DNA of 64,000 bases from Nitrososphaerales archaeon (lineage in GTDB: Archaea; Thermoproteota; Nitrososphaeria; Nitrososphaerales; UBA213). The notes beneath the pieces were generated by a model. The model was not told where the DNA came from, ran no database searches, and worked only from the letters and a program-made list of their open reading frames with translations. The stretch lies in contig CBDAOC010000020.1 of the NCBI GenBank assembly GCA_965197925.1, forward strand, positions 256,001 to 320,000. Reading direction: 5' to 3'. Positions 1-11,504 of this stretch are shown piece by piece (within the stretch, counting starts at the first letter, position 1; each line of letters starts with the position of its first letter). Both the position numbers and the translations under genes were made by a program.

Positions 1-471
1 ATGAAAATCATTGCTGAACTTGTCAAGGATGCTAGTATCTCAGTCCCGAAAATGAGTAAAAAGATAAACGTCAACTCTTCAGTAGTTTACAGCAGAATTA
101 AGAGGCTAGTAAAACGTAGTCTTATAAGAAAATTTACAATAGTTGTTAACGATAATGCCTTAGGGTTCAATGTTAAGGCTATTATTGGCATAAGTATGGA
201 CTCCAAATTGAGGGATAATGTTCTTGGTGAATTGTTCAAAATACAGGAGTTAAGGGAAATCACGGAAGTTACTGGGAGGTTTGACTTGCTCGTTACTATA
301 GCTTCAAGAGCACTTGATGAAATGCATCAGTTAATCTCTGATAAAGTAGGTAGAATTGAAGGTATACGGAAGACTGAAACCTTTATAGAAATGAAGAAAA
401 CCACAAAGGAGCCCTCTTATTCAACTACAAAAGTCATTGGCATAGCCAATCATTATTCTTTGAAAGGTTAA
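1..471 (+). CDS. Lrp/AsnC family transcriptional regulator (start may lie upstream of the window)
   Basis: N-terminal HTH (ASISVPKMSKKINV..VYSRIKRL) plus C-terminal RAM domain (EVTGRFDL). Confidence 0.9.
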   Translation: MKIIAELVKDASISVPKMSKKINVNSSVVYSRIKRLVKRSLIRKFTIVVNDNALGFNVKAIIGISMDSKLRDNVLGELFKIQELREITEVTGRFDLLVTIASRALDEMHQLISDKVGRIEGIRKTETFIEMKKTTKEPSYSTTKVIGIANHYSLKG

Positions 472-509
472 AGCTTTATCCATTTAGGTTGTGAGTTCCC
501 TCGCACTTA

Positions 510-1565
510 GAGCCTATCCTAAAATTCTAGCTGATAGTTAATGATTGGTAGAAATGATAACATTTAGAATGCAAGAATATTAGTTCATACTGTCAGGTTT
601 AGTTTTCTTACTATTGATTTTATTAGTATTGTAGATAATAGATACTAGAAACAGTTGCATTAACGTGTTTATGACACTACCAATATATCGCTCTGTACAC
701 TATTAGGCAGTTAGCAAATTCTACTAGCGCCTGATAATTTTCCTCTCTCTTCTCGAACCTTACCAATAACTTTCTGAACCTGTTATGCCAAGATGCGGTT
801 CTTTCTACAACCCATCTCTTTGCTTTGTACAAATTCTTTTTCAACACTTCACCCTTATGACGAATGTGATCCACATATCCCCTTCCTAACTCCATATTTC
901 ATACTCTATACTCTATCTCAGGGAAATCGTATCCTATTCATGCATATGTTCTGTTTAACTTTGGGCCTATCAACAACAATGCTATCTATTGTAGGAAAGG
1001 CTGATTTCATATCGTGTTTATTTGCTCCAGTAATTACAGATGAGAGAGGAATACCTCTTCTATCAACCAGCATGTGACGTTTGGTACCTAGCTTGCCTCT
1101 ATCCGTTGGGTTTGCTCCGGTCGTTTTCCCCCTAATGGGGCCTTCGGTACGCTATCCATGGATTGCCAGTCCCATCCTATACCCTTCAATTCATCATATA
1201 TTTCCAGCAGCCTCTTCCATACCTTTTCGAATACTCCTATCCCAATCCATTCCTGAAATCTTGCATGGCAAGTTGAGCCAGAACCAAATTCTTTAGATAC
1301 CTTCTTCCACTGGCATCCAGTTCTTAATACGTACAGTACTCCATTCAACACTTTTCTAAATGGCACAGCTGGCCTTCCAACTGTTCTTGCTGGTTTCTCT
1401 GGCGGCAGCACTAGTTTGAACTCTACCCATAGATTGTCTGGTATATGCCATATGGTCGGCATGCTCTTTTTCTTTGATTTTCTCACAAATTTAGCTAGAG
1501 AGGACAGATCTGGATCTGTTTCGGTATAAACAATTAGGCTACGATGTTAATTTTCGGATAGGCTC
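510..1565 (-). mobile_element. IS5-family insertion sequence, 'ISc' copy 1
   Basis: 17-bp TIRs GAGCCTATCC(T/G)AAAATT at 510-526 and 1549-1565; TTA duplicated at 507-509 and 1566-1568; transposase on the minus strand. Confidence 0.9.
677..1486 (-). pseudogene. IS5-family transposase of ISc, frameshifted
   Basis: LYVLRTGCQW, GSTCHARFQEW, KAPLGG followed by a GGGGGAAAA slippery site, and RWVVERT..W..RFRKLLVRFE; an extra frameshift near 930 destroys the DKGYD motif. Confidence 0.85.
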
Positions 1566-1812
1566 TTAGTCACTTTAAAATGGTCCAAATCTTGGTGTTC
1601 TGAGTTTAACTTTTTCAAATGCATGATTCTATTATTTTGATAGTTATGATGACATGCGCTGGATTGTTTTTTACCTTAATACATTATTCTATTAGTTCTT
1701 TCCATCATACACACATATCCTAGTTTAGACAAATAAGAAAATCCTCGTAGTACATTTACTCAGAATAAATATAACCCGATGATAAGAGATTAGATGAAAA
1801 TAAAAAGTGAAG

Positions 1813-2289
1813 TTAGATTTTCATTAGTTGTTCAACCACCAACTTTGTAGCCGCCTCACCGTTGTTACTTAACCTGTACTTGGAAACGCCTTGTGCATCC
1901 TTCTTCTCTATCACCATCTTGCTCCTCTTCATAAGATCTCGCCTAAAGTTACTTCCGTTCCACCAACCTTCATCTACTCCCAACTCCTTGGCCTTCTCTT
2001 TGATCTCTTCCTTTGCCAACGTCGTGTTGCTGAAGTGAAGCAAGACCAAAATTCTTTCCTTGTACTTCAAATGCTGTAATCTCTGCAATATTTCGTTAGG
2101 GATCTTACCCGTCTTCTCCAGTTTTCCTACTACTTCATTGGGAAGTACTCTACTTACCGATCGCTGTTCTATAAGCTTGGAGAGAATTACCTTGAAAGCT
2201 TCAATCTTGTAAGGTTCCGGTTCATCCCTCACTGCTTCTCTTGCCTGTCTGATCCTTTGTTTCAATTCTGATGTGTTCAAATTGATCAT
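1813..2289 (-). CDS. hypothetical protein, possibly with a C-terminal winged helix
   Basis: 158-aa ORF ending in a YRLSNNG wing-like motif. Confidence 0.6.
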   Translation of the reverse strand: MINLNTSELKQRIRQAREAVRDEPEPYKIEAFKVILSKLIEQRSVSRVLPNEVVGKLEKTGKIPNEILQRLQHLKYKERILVLLHFSNTTLAKEEIKEKAKELGVDEGWWNGSNFRRDLMKRSKMVIEKKDAQGVSKYRLSNNGEAATKLVVEQLMKI

Positions 2290-2370
2290 ATATTAAATAG
2301 GGAGGTTATTGAAAAGACTTACTAAACGTTGATTTGAACGTATAAATATCAAATTAGTCAATGATTACAG

Positions 2371-3255
2371 GTGCCGAAAATTGGGTTAGGTGCAAATTTT
2401 AAAACCTACTGGGAAGTTACCAAACCCAAGATCTGGTACCTTCTAGTATTTACGGCCTTTATGGCTTCTCTGATCGCATATAATGTTCACGACATTCCTA
2501 TTTCCACCCTGACACTGGCACTTGTTATTACATCTGTAATGGCTGGTTCAGCTGCTGCTAACACTCTTACAAATTATTTTGATCGTGATATTGACGCCAA
2601 GATGGATCGTACCAAATCAAGGCCTATCCCTAGTGGAAGAATATCTCCTGAAAGGGCTTTTACCTATGGCTTGACGCTAACAGCCATATCCCTTATCCTT
2701 GCATATTTTATTAACATCTGGGCATTAGGTCTTATGATCTTTGGGCTGTTCGATAACATCATCGTTTACAGCAGATGGTTGAAGCGGAGGAGTTTATGGA
2801 ATATCGTTCTTGGAGGTTTCTCTGGTGGTGCTCCCGCATTGATAGGCTATGTGGCTGTAACTACAGCCACAATAGAACTTGGCTTTGTTCTGGCTGGTTT
2901 AGTTTTCTTATGGATCCCAACCCATATTTGGAGCCTTGCACTTCATATACGCGAAGATTATGCAAGAGTAGATGTGCCTATGCTTCCGGTAGTAAAGAGT
3001 GAAAGTACATCGGTACGTGTCATTGCAGGTACCACTCTAATGATGGTGCTTTTTAGTGCATTACCCTTCTTCATGAATGTTTTTGGATGGATCTATTTGG
3101 GGGTAACGGCAGTTCTAGGGTCTATAATAATTGTAATGAGTATAGGATTGTTGGTTAAACCAACGGAAAAGAAATCATGGATGTTGTTCAAGTTCTCAAG
3201 CCCTTATCTTGCATTGTTGTTTATAGGGATGTATATAGACGCTTTAGTTTTCTAA
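2371..3255 (+). CDS. cyoE: protoheme IX farnesyltransferase (heme o synthase)
   Basis: NYFDRDIDAKMDRTKSRPIPSG and WIPTHIWSLA..REDY UbiA-family motifs; multiple TM helices. Confidence 0.93.
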   Translation: MPKIGLGANFKTYWEVTKPKIWYLLVFTAFMASLIAYNVHDIPISTLTLALVITSVMAGSAAANTLTNYFDRDIDAKMDRTKSRPIPSGRISPERAFTYGLTLTAISLILAYFINIWALGLMIFGLFDNIIVYSRWLKRRSLWNIVLGGFSGGAPALIGYVAVTTATIELGFVLAGLVFLWIPTHIWSLALHIREDYARVDVPMLPVVKSESTSVRVIAGTTLMMVLFSALPFFMNVFGWIYLGVTAVLGSIIIVMSIGLLVKPTEKKSWMLFKFSSPYLALLFIGMYIDALVF

Positions 3256-4586
3256 TCCAGATAGTCCCCTAGCTTTATCTTATCATGGCCGGGAATTTTA
3301 GCAATTTCAAATCTTTCCTTTCGCTTTAGAAGGGTTGCAGTAGCATCAATACCTACTTTATTGGTTAGCAATTTTTCTTGATCGCTTGACGGATCCAAAC
3401 TAGACCCCTTTGCATTGGATATGATTAAGAGATCATTACCAGCCTGGAATCTAGTGGCAATTGCGTATTCCACCGATTCTGCATCGGTTGGTTCTATGTC
3501 ATCATCTACAACAATGGCCATCTTTAAAGATGGGTGTGCAGCAAAAGCAGCGATCAATGCGTTTTTAGATTCACCTTCCAATTTCTTCCTTATCTGTATT
3601 ACAGCATGCAACCAATTACAACCACCATCAGTTAAACATACCTGTTTTGTCGTGGGTACTACGTTCTTGACGCCTTGGAGGACTTTGGCCTCAACCGGCA
3701 TAGACATCAACAGTCTATGCTCGGCATAACCCGGCAAGATATCATGATAGATAGCGCCATTTCTAAACCTTATAGCTTCCAACTCAAATACTGGCTGCTT
3801 TCGCCTGTGATCATATGTGCGAAGCATTTCAACCATCCACTCCTCCTCGAACCTGTCCTTCAATATTCTGCCTTCTATAATGATCTCTGCATGGGAGGGT
3901 ACCATCAAGCCAGAATATCCACATCTGGCTATACTTAACCCATTATCCATAAGAGAGTTGGCAATTTCCATCTCGTCCATTCCATATGCAGCCTGGTATG
4001 CAGCTCCAACAATCACAGCAGGGTGTACACCAACGACAGCAGCGACCTTGAGATCTTCGCCGTGTTCTTTTGCATATTGATAGCACTTATGCAAATGCCT
4101 GCCCTCAACCATCCTAATAGCCATATGCTTTTCATCTAGAAGTAGAAATCTATGAACGGAGCTATTCTGGTTGTTGGTTTCCTGCTCTTTTGCAAATACA
4201 ATTGATGATGTGATGTATGGTCCAGCATCTTTTTCAAAATGGTTGATAATGGGAAGGATTGAAAGGTCCTTCGACATATTTTCATTGAATTTGGGTTCTT
4301 CAGTTTTTGGTTTTGTAGGTCTAGATAATACATCAAACACTCTTTGGTGTATTGAATCAATGTCCGCATTTATTGCAGTAGCAAACCGTTTCCTCGTGCC
4401 ACATACATTTGTAGTAACACGCATATTACTTTCCTTGACATTGTTAAAAAAAACTGCCTCTTTACTATCCAGCTTTGCCGTCAAGGCAGCCAATTCAAAT
4501 TTTGTAGATACCTGTTTTCTTACATCAATTAATTCATTCAAATTCCTCAAGCTATCTAGGTAGTCACGCAGATCCATTTTGCTCAC
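3252..4586 (-). CDS. UbiD-family prFMN decarboxylase (probably anhydromevalonate-phosphate decarboxylase)
   Basis: DAGPYITSS, AEIIIEG, KMAIVVDDDI, GSSLDPS and KVGIDAT motifs; the pathway role is inferred from archaeal UbiD homologs. Confidence 0.88.
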   Translation of the reverse strand: MSKMDLRDYLDSLRNLNELIDVRKQVSTKFELAALTAKLDSKEAVFFNNVKESNMRVTTNVCGTRKRFATAINADIDSIHQRVFDVLSRPTKPKTEEPKFNENMSKDLSILPIINHFEKDAGPYITSSIVFAKEQETNNQNSSVHRFLLLDEKHMAIRMVEGRHLHKCYQYAKEHGEDLKVAAVVGVHPAVIVGAAYQAAYGMDEMEIANSLMDNGLSIARCGYSGLMVPSHAEIIIEGRILKDRFEEEWMVEMLRTYDHRRKQPVFELEAIRFRNGAIYHDILPGYAEHRLLMSMPVEAKVLQGVKNVVPTTKQVCLTDGGCNWLHAVIQIRKKLEGESKNALIAAFAAHPSLKMAIVVDDDIEPTDAESVEYAIATRFQAGNDLLIISNAKGSSLDPSSDQEKLLTNKVGIDATATLLKRKERFEIAKIPGHDKIKLGDYLD

Positions 4587-4917
4587 TCGCTACATCAATT
4601 ACCATCCCCATGATTGTTTTCATCGCATTCAAGTCGAGCGCTTTTTTTGTGTATAATGATGTTATGCATATTCCATTTGTTAATGAGGCTAAACGTTCGG
4701 ATATCATACTCAAAAACAGGCTATCGTATTTGCTAGGGATTACCTTTGCTGTACTGGCACCAACATCCCTATGCAATGATACGTTTAGTGAACCTATCCT
4801 ATGTTGATCGCCCTCCGAAATTGAAATAAAACATCCGTTAAACATACGCATGATACGTATCGAAAAGTTCCTCTCCTGTACCTTTACAATACGCTCAATA
4901 TATTGTTCTGTAGACAT
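4564..4917 (-). CDS. proteasome assembly chaperone 4-like conserved protein
   Basis: Likely start at MSTEQY (4917); NGCFISISEG..IGSLNVSL pattern. Confidence 0.6.
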   Translation of the reverse strand: MSTEQYIERIVKVQERNFSIRIMRMFNGCFISISEGDQHRIGSLNVSLHRDVGASTAKVIPSKYDSLFLSMISERLASLTNGICITSLYTKKALDLNAMKTIMGMVIDVASEQNGSA

Positions 4918-4940
4918 TAAACCGTCAATACTATACCAAG

Positions 4941-5183
4941 TTATGTGCGTATTGCAATGGGTTCGACAACCTGTTTGCTGGTACTCTTTTCCCTGAGTTT
5001 TGCCTTGTATTTCAAGTTTCTTGGCTTTGTTCTCAGTCTGTATCCACAGCAAGGACACCATAGTCCGTCCCACTTTATGAAAATCTCACATATTTGGCAA
5101 CGTTTCTGTCCAGAAGCATACCTTCCCGTTCCAACGGGTTTTTGGGCCTTGTATCTTACGCAAATTCCCTTACAAGTCATCAT
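4941..5183 (-). CDS. small Cys-rich zinc-finger protein typical of Nitrososphaerota
   Basis: CKGIC, RCQIC and CPCCG.RLRTKPR motifs. Confidence 0.8.
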   Translation of the reverse strand: MMTCKGICVRYKAQKPVGTGRYASGQKRCQICEIFIKWDGLWCPCCGYRLRTKPRNLKYKAKLREKSTSKQVVEPIAIRT

Positions 5184-5562
5184 ATTTTACCTCCAAAAAT
5201 CATTTCCAATGAAAGATAAACAAGAAATCTATTTAAGTTTTATCAAAAAATTTCTAGATATAAAGGATATTTTTTATAAATTTTATATATTTAGATCGGG
5301 AATATTTTATAGAATTACTTGATTAAAGAGAGAAAAGTATATATATTTAAGTTAGAAGGATTTTTAACTCTTTGTAATAATGGAATCTGACAATTCCTCA
5401 TCTATGTGTGGGGTTGACCTTTCTGCAATGGTCATCCATTTGTCTCCTGACTAGAACTCTTCCCCACCCGTTAAAGAATTGGGAAGATAGGTTTTATCCC
5501 ATTAACTTGAGTGGGAGTAGAATTTCTCTTTGTCTCCAGAGAATTTCATAAAGATCTCATTA

Positions 5563-6180
5563 TTAGGAGAGGCTATGGTCCCTAAATGGTCTGCCTTTTC
5601 TCAAAGCTATCGCTTTGGCTGATAATTTGTCACGGATCCCTCTCCTGTTTACCCCCCTAGAAGACACTCTTGATGTACCATGCTCGTTGACGAGTTCGAT
5701 CATTATATCATCCTCAAATTTGTTATACAACTTATCGGCAATTTGCGTTGCCATTGCTGGATGGCCATAGCCTATTCTTACTATCTTTTTTCTGGAGGGA
5801 GTACCATTCATCACTATGCTTATTAAATCAACGACCCTCCACACCGAGGTCACCACTTTGCTCTCTATCTCCTTCTTTAGGTAAAATATAGATATACCGA
5901 TTCTATTGCCAGGATCAATGCCTATCAAAAGTTGATCGTCCTGATACATTCCCATTATGCTACGCAGGATCTTGGCTCTTATCAAAGCGGGTTCATCGTC
6001 TAGTTCCCTATCTAGGAGCATATTCTTTTCACCAATCAAATTTCTTTCTTCTTCTGTAGTAATTACAAGTTGTGAATTAATTATTGCCGCTTCTTCTGGA
6101 GAGACCGATTTAAACCCTAAACCCAGTACTTTCAATACGCTTATTATTTTATAATAAGGCTTTCCATGTAAGGTAGCCAC
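5563..6180 (-). CDS. conserved protein with an RNase H-like (RuvC/YqgF-type) domain
   Basis: LLIGIDPGNRIG, VNEHGTS and DKLSAKAIA motifs. Confidence 0.7.
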   Translation of the reverse strand: MATLHGKPYYKIISVLKVLGLGFKSVSPEEAAIINSQLVITTEEERNLIGEKNMLLDRELDDEPALIRAKILRSIMGMYQDDQLLIGIDPGNRIGISIFYLKKEIESKVVTSVWRVVDLISIVMNGTPSRKKIVRIGYGHPAMATQIADKLYNKFEDDIMIELVNEHGTSRVSSRGVNRRGIRDKLSAKAIALRKGRPFRDHSLS

Positions 6181-6624
6181 AAGTAGGGGCGTTGGATAAC
6201 TGCCTGAAGTTAAGGGCGTCTCATTAAATTGATTTCCCTGCAGTTAACTATTAAACGTTTTGTAGAAATTAATTTTGAAACATTTCTCCTAATACAATTT
6301 TTATTAATTTTATGGTTGAATCATTGGTATAGACCCTAGAAATCCTTGTATTTATTTACTTGAAATAAAGATGAAACAGATCCTAATAAAAGAGGAGAAC
6401 TAGATTTACCATCCAATTCTTCATAACTCATTTTAATGAAATGGAAAATCATCTACTTACCTTTCAAAGAAAAATTGATGCTCGATCTACGGGGACAATA
6501 ATCTGCAACTCTGTAGAATACAATGGAAGTAAATCTTCTTTTTTCCGCCTGTGAATGAATCAAGCCCGTTATTGTTTTGTGTTTAAATAATAACCTTAAA
6601 TTTAAGCAAAAATAACCAGAGTTC

Positions 6625-8322
6625 ATGATGAATAAAGACCCCCTCCCCAGTAGAAAAGTACTGGAAGGGACAGAAAGAGCTCCACATAGAGCGATGTATA
6701 GGGCTATGGGTCTTACAGATGAGGATCTAAGCAAACCAATGATAGGTGTATCAAATACTTGTAATGAAGCTACGCCATGCAATATTCATCTCGGAAGGCT
6801 TGCAAGTCGTGCCAAAGAAGGAGTGATGAACGGAGGTGGCACACCAAGAGAGTTTACCACGATTGCGGTTAGCGATGGTATTTCAATGGGACATGAAGGT
6901 ATGAAAGCATCACTGGTAAGCAGGGAAGTCATAGCAGATTCTATTGAATTGATGGTACATGCTCACCAGTATGATGGTATTGTAGGAGTCGCTGGTTGTG
7001 ACAAGAGCCTACCTGGTACAATGATGGCAATGGCGCGGATGAACATACCAGCTGTATTCGTTTATGGAGGTACAATCATGCCAGGAGTGTATGACGGTAC
7101 AAATCTAACAATACAGGACGTTTTCGAAGCTGTGGGATCCTATGATAGCGGTTCAATCACTTTGGACCAATTGAAAAATATTGAAAATTACGCTTGTCCA
7201 GGCGCAGGTTCTTGTGCTGGTATGTATACTGCCAACACAATGGCTTCAATAAGCGAAGCATTAGGTATTGCTCTTCCTGGAAGTGCCACTCCTCCGGCCG
7301 AAGATGTTAGAAGATCTGACATTTGTTTCGATACGGGTAAGGCTGTAATGGGCCTGTTGGAGAATAACATAAAGGCCAGAGACATAATGACATTTGAATC
7401 CTTTGAGAATGCCATAACTGTTCTAAATGCAATTGGAGGATCGACCAATGCTGTCCTGCATCTCCTTGCTATTGCTAAAGAGGCCAGGGTAAAACTTACT
7501 CTTAATGACTTTGAAAGGATAAGAAGGAAAACTCCGCATATCGGTAACATGCGTCCTGGGGGGTTCTATATTATGCTTGATCTGGATAAGGTTGGTGGAG
7601 TGCCTTTGCTTATGAAAAAACTGATTGAAAAAAAGTTGCTAAATGAAAATATTGTTACAGTAACCGGCAAGACATTGAAGAAAAATCTGGATGCCATTCA
7701 CTTCAATGGTAAACAAGATCATGAGGTGATAAAACCAATAGAATCGCCGATTCACAAGACTGGCACGCTAAAGATTCTTCGAGGATCGTTAGCACCCGAT
7801 GGTGCTGTAGTAAAGATTGCTTCTGTCAGGAATCTACATTTCGAAGGAAAGTCCAGGATTTTTAACAGAGAAGAAGATGCCTTTGGTGCTATAACAAAGG
7901 GCAAAATTGTCGAGGGGGATGTGGTAGTTATTAGATACGAGGGACCGAAGGGTGGACCGGGAATGAGGGAGATGCTGGCAGTGACTGCTGCTATGGTCGG
8001 GCAGGGTCTTGGAGATAAGGTAGCATTAATCACCGATGGTAGGTTCTCTGGAGCCACGAGAGGCCTCATGATTGGACATGTGTCTCCGGAAGCGGCTGCT
8101 GGAGGACCAATTGGATTGTTAATGGATGGAGATGTGATCACCATAGATGCTCTTAAGGGTAGACTAGAGGTAAAATTATCAAAAACGGAAATGAACAAAA
8201 GGCAAAAAAAATGGAAGCCCATCAAACCTAGATACACAAGAGGAGTTATAGCAAAGTATGCTTCTCTGGTAGGGTCTGCTTCTGAAGGTGCTGTGACGAG
8301 TCCACTATTGGTTATGCATTAA
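6625..8322 (+). CDS. ilvD: dihydroxy-acid dehydratase
   Basis: [42 protein letters not shown] and TDGRFSGAT motifs. Confidence 0.97.
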   Translation: MMNKDPLPSRKVLEGTERAPHRAMYRAMGLTDEDLSKPMIGVSNTCNEATPCNIHLGRLASRAKEGVMNGGGTPREFTTIAVSDGISMGHEGMKASLVSREVIADSIELMVHAHQYDGIVGVAGCDKSLPGTMMAMARMNIPAVFVYGGTIMPGVYDGTNLTIQDVFEAVGSYDSGSITLDQLKNIENYACPGAGSCAGMYTANTMASISEALGIALPGSATPPAEDVRRSDICFDTGKAVMGLLENNIKARDIMTFESFENAITVLNAIGGSTNAVLHLLAIAKEARVKLTLNDFERIRRKTPHIGNMRPGGFYIMLDLDKVGGVPLLMKKLIEKKLLNENIVTVTGKTLKKNLDAIHFNGKQDHEVIKPIESPIHKTGTLKILRGSLAPDGAVVKIASVRNLHFEGKSRIFNREEDAFGAITKGKIVEGDVVVIRYEGPKGGPGMREMLAVTAAMVGQGLGDKVALITDGRFSGATRGLMIGHVSPEAAAGGPIGLLMDGDVITIDALKGRLEVKLSKTEMNKRQKKWKPIKPRYTRGVIAKYASLVGSASEGAVTSPLLVMH

Positions 8323-8355
8323 CATGATTTGTAATATTTACCAAAGGATAATTCT

Positions 8356-9711
8356 ATGATATCAAACAAGAAGTACCTGCTTCGTCATGGTACATGTGTT
8401 AAGGCCAGGAAGTTAGCTTTGGGCGCACTTGAAGCTGCACTCTTGGCGGCCGATCCAAAGAAATCAGTAAAGAAAAATGTTATTCTGAAGGGCAATGTTT
8501 TAAGAATAAAAAATGAATCCTACCCATTTCATTTCGACAATGTATTCGTAATAGGTGGAGGGAAGGCCGCAGGGTATATGGCGGAAGCACTGAACGAGGT
8601 TTTACATGATCGGATAACTAGTGGGCTTGTAATAATTCCAAATAATTTCAATATAAAATTACGAACAGGAAGAATAAATCTCTGGATGGGGACGCATCCA
8701 ATTCCGAGCGAAAAGGGGTTAAGGGGTACAGAAAAGATGCTTGATGTTGTTAAGAATGCTACTACCAAGGATCTTATCATCTTTCTGATATCAGGGGGTG
8801 GGTCTGCACTAATGCCATTGCCATACAAAGGTGTTACAATTTTTCAAAAGCAACGGATTACCAATAACCTGTTACGATCGGGTGCGACGATAGAAGAGAT
8901 CAATGCGGTAAGAAAACATATTTCGGCCATAAAAGGTGGTAGGCTCGTTGAATTGATATCAAAGGCCATGTTGTTTTCGCTTATAATTTCTGATGTGGTA
9001 GGGGATAGGCTTGACGCAATAGGATCAGGTCCGACTGTACCAGACAGTACCACTTTTGCAGATGCAATGAAAGTTCTGAGGAAATATGACCTATGGAACA
9101 AATTGGATAAAAGTATCAGGTGTGTGATTGAAGGTGGATTATCTGGGAGAATACCAGAAACTCCCAAGCCAGGCAATAAAATCTTCAGACATGTAAGAAA
9201 TTTCATAATTGGCAATAACAGGCTTGCATGTATGGCAGCTCTGAATTATCTTAATTCGAGAGGGGTGAAATCTACCGTGCTTACAACTTTCATGGAGGGT
9301 GAAGCGAGGCAAGTTGGCGTTATTGCCTCTTCTATAGCACATCACATCCATAGCGAATCACCTAAGCCGGCGGCGATCATCATGGGAGGTGAAACAACTG
9401 TGATTGTAAGAGGAAAAGGTAGAGGAGGGAGAAACCAGGAACTTATACTGTCAGCCTCCAAGCGTATCAGCGCCCTGACCGGTACTGCAATTGCATCAAT
9501 AGGTACGGATGGAATCGATGGAAATACTAATGCTGCTGGAGCAATAGCAGACTCTTCCACAATTGGAAGGGCCCAAAAGAAGAAAATTCTGCCAATGAAT
9601 TATCTGGCTGACAATGACTCGAACACTTTCTTTAAGAAATTGAATGATGTGATAAAAACTGGCTCTACTGGAACAAATGTTAACGATATAACGATACTTG
9701 TTTGTACATAA
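8356..9711 (+). CDS. glycerate 2-kinase (MOFRL family)
   Basis: GGGKAA, LISGGGSAL, GGETTV..GRGGRNQE, GTDGIDG and TGTNVND motifs. Confidence 0.93.
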   Translation: MISNKKYLLRHGTCVKARKLALGALEAALLAADPKKSVKKNVILKGNVLRIKNESYPFHFDNVFVIGGGKAAGYMAEALNEVLHDRITSGLVIIPNNFNIKLRTGRINLWMGTHPIPSEKGLRGTEKMLDVVKNATTKDLIIFLISGGGSALMPLPYKGVTIFQKQRITNNLLRSGATIEEINAVRKHISAIKGGRLVELISKAMLFSLIISDVVGDRLDAIGSGPTVPDSTTFADAMKVLRKYDLWNKLDKSIRCVIEGGLSGRIPETPKPGNKIFRHVRNFIIGNNRLACMAALNYLNSRGVKSTVLTTFMEGEARQVGVIASSIAHHIHSESPKPAAIIMGGETTVIVRGKGRGGRNQELILSASKRISALTGTAIASIGTDGIDGNTNAAGAIADSSTIGRAQKKKILPMNYLADNDSNTFFKKLNDVIKTGSTGTNVNDITILVCT

Positions 9712-9717
9712 CTTCGA

Positions 9718-10791
9718 TCATTCTTGCACGATGAGATCTGTTTGTGGAACTTTACCGGTCAATGGAACTGGGGTAGACACACTCTCCCACAAAAACGCCT
9801 CTACAGAGAATCTTCCAGCCTCATCCGTGACCCATGACTGGGCTGCGCTAAGAAAGTCACTAGCTGGGAGAGTACCGGTTATCCATGATAATGATATAGT
9901 TATTCCATCCCCATCCTTTATCAGTACTATGTAGGCAAATGGTTGTTTTTCATCAAGGTTGTTTCTAACATCGGCCTGTATAATCACCTGCTGCCCAACA
10001 AATATCTCTTCCAAGGGTTCCCCTGACTGATTTACAGGCATAAGATTACCAACAACAGCCTTTCCAGATGAGGAAACATCAAATTCCAATTCTGCTGAAG
10101 CTAAATTATCTGCATATGAGGCTTGTACCCTATACGTTCCTGGCTTTACATTCTTACCCAACAATTCACCAGCCACTATGGAAAATGTGCCATCGCTGGA
10201 AATTCTTTCTGCATTTACTGGTACAAACTTCCAGATTGTATTGTTAAAGCCATAAATCTTGATTTCCACAGGGTCCAGAATGCGTGGTGTTACCTTGCCC
10301 GAAATGGTTACAACGTCACCCAGATCATAAGCTGGTTTATCTGAATTTATTTCTATAACAGGTTTCACCAGTACCTCAAAGCTTGTATTTGAGTTCAAAC
10401 TCTTGTAAGTGGCTTCAACAGTATGAATTCCTAATTCAGATGCATCTGCTCCTTCAAGGGCAAACTGGAATGTGTATGAACCCACTTCATCCAGCTTCAC
10501 CGATACGTCATGGTATGTCTGTCCACTAGGATTTTTTACCATTAATGATACTTCATCATTGACCGTAAAAGAATCAGAAACATCACCAAACAAAGTAACA
10601 GTCATTCCTACACTGTACACTCCCTTGAATGGAAAAACTGTAAATGGATCCTCTTGAGCATAAATATCCATATTCTTCATGTTAACGGATGGCACCAAGA
10701 TTAAAAGTAAAGAAAAAACTAGAAAGCCCCAAATACGATTCATATCAATGGGTAATATACAACTCTTATATAAGCACTCATATTTGTTCAA
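9718..10791 (-). CDS. exported surface (S-layer-associated) protein with Ig-like domains
   Basis: Signal peptide (start probably MNRIW); DKPAYDLGDVVTISG repeats; C-terminal domain shared with 16475-17605. Confidence 0.75.
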   Translation of the reverse strand: MNKYECLYKSCILPIDMNRIWGFLVFSLLLILVPSVNMKNMDIYAQEDPFTVFPFKGVYSVGMTVTLFGDVSDSFTVNDEVSLMVKNPSGQTYHDVSVKLDEVGSYTFQFALEGADASELGIHTVEATYKSLNSNTSFEVLVKPVIEINSDKPAYDLGDVVTISGKVTPRILDPVEIKIYGFNNTIWKFVPVNAERISSDGTFSIVAGELLGKNVKPGTYRVQASYADNLASAELEFDVSSSGKAVVGNLMPVNQSGEPLEEIFVGQQVIIQADVRNNLDEKQPFAYIVLIKDGDGITISLSWITGTLPASDFLSAAQSWVTDEAGRFSVEAFLWESVSTPVPLTGKVPQTDLIVQE

Positions 10792-10956
10792 ATTTATCAG
10801 ATGTTTTGATTTTTTTTACAGAATTATCGCAGAATAAACAAATTCTAAAAAAACTTATCCCCCATTATTTTAGGAACTAGATATAACCAAAGGAAATATT
10901 TTGAGCATTTGCACGTACAGAGTTTCTAGCTTTGTAGATCTTGGAACTTGGGTTGC

Positions 10957-11349
10957 TCATTTTATAGTGGGCATTTTTACTCCATGTTCATTAAGTGTTT
11001 CATATACTTCTGGAAGAGAATAAACAAAGCCCACATGAACACAGTCATTCTTCTCGTCAAGCATACAGTATAGTTCCCCGTTCTTGATTTGTACTTCTGC
11101 AATTCTGTTCTTCCTATTATCCATCAGTACTACCCTGTTATCATCTATAGCAATCTTCTCCAAGGTAGGGGCATATTTGGCAAATACTTCGTATTTTTGC
11201 ATGAGCTCCTCCATCATACTTGTCAAGTACCCAGAAAAGCTCGTAATTCCCTTCATCTCCAAATCCTTCCTGCTCTTTTCATATACATCAAAGAACTTTT
11301 TGTACACAAACTCACTCACCGTGATAGATTTAAAACCACTCTTTGGCAT
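10957..11349 (-). CDS. conserved thaumarchaeal hypothetical protein
   Basis: MPKSGFKSITV N-terminus and C-terminal C..D...DCVH motif. Confidence 0.75.
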   Translation of the reverse strand: MPKSGFKSITVSEFVYKKFFDVYEKSRKDLEMKGITSFSGYLTSMMEELMQKYEVFAKYAPTLEKIAIDDNRVVLMDNRKNRIAEVQIKNGELYCMLDEKNDCVHVGFVYSLPEVYETLNEHGVKMPTIK

Positions 11350-11504
11350 AGTACGGTCAAAGTTCGGTACACTGGTAGAGTGTAATAAATTTTTCTCAAG
11401 GAACTGCTTTTAACTATACCATATATGATTATTGAACAAATGGTCGTTGGTTTGAAAACAAAATTATAACTCCATGAATCAATACCTCAACAACACCCCG
11501 TAAG

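Noticed and set aside
7188..9560. antisense ORFs inside ilvD and glycerate kinase (and similar shadows elsewhere)
   Set aside because: Opposite-strand shadows of well-supported genes with no recognisable motifs.
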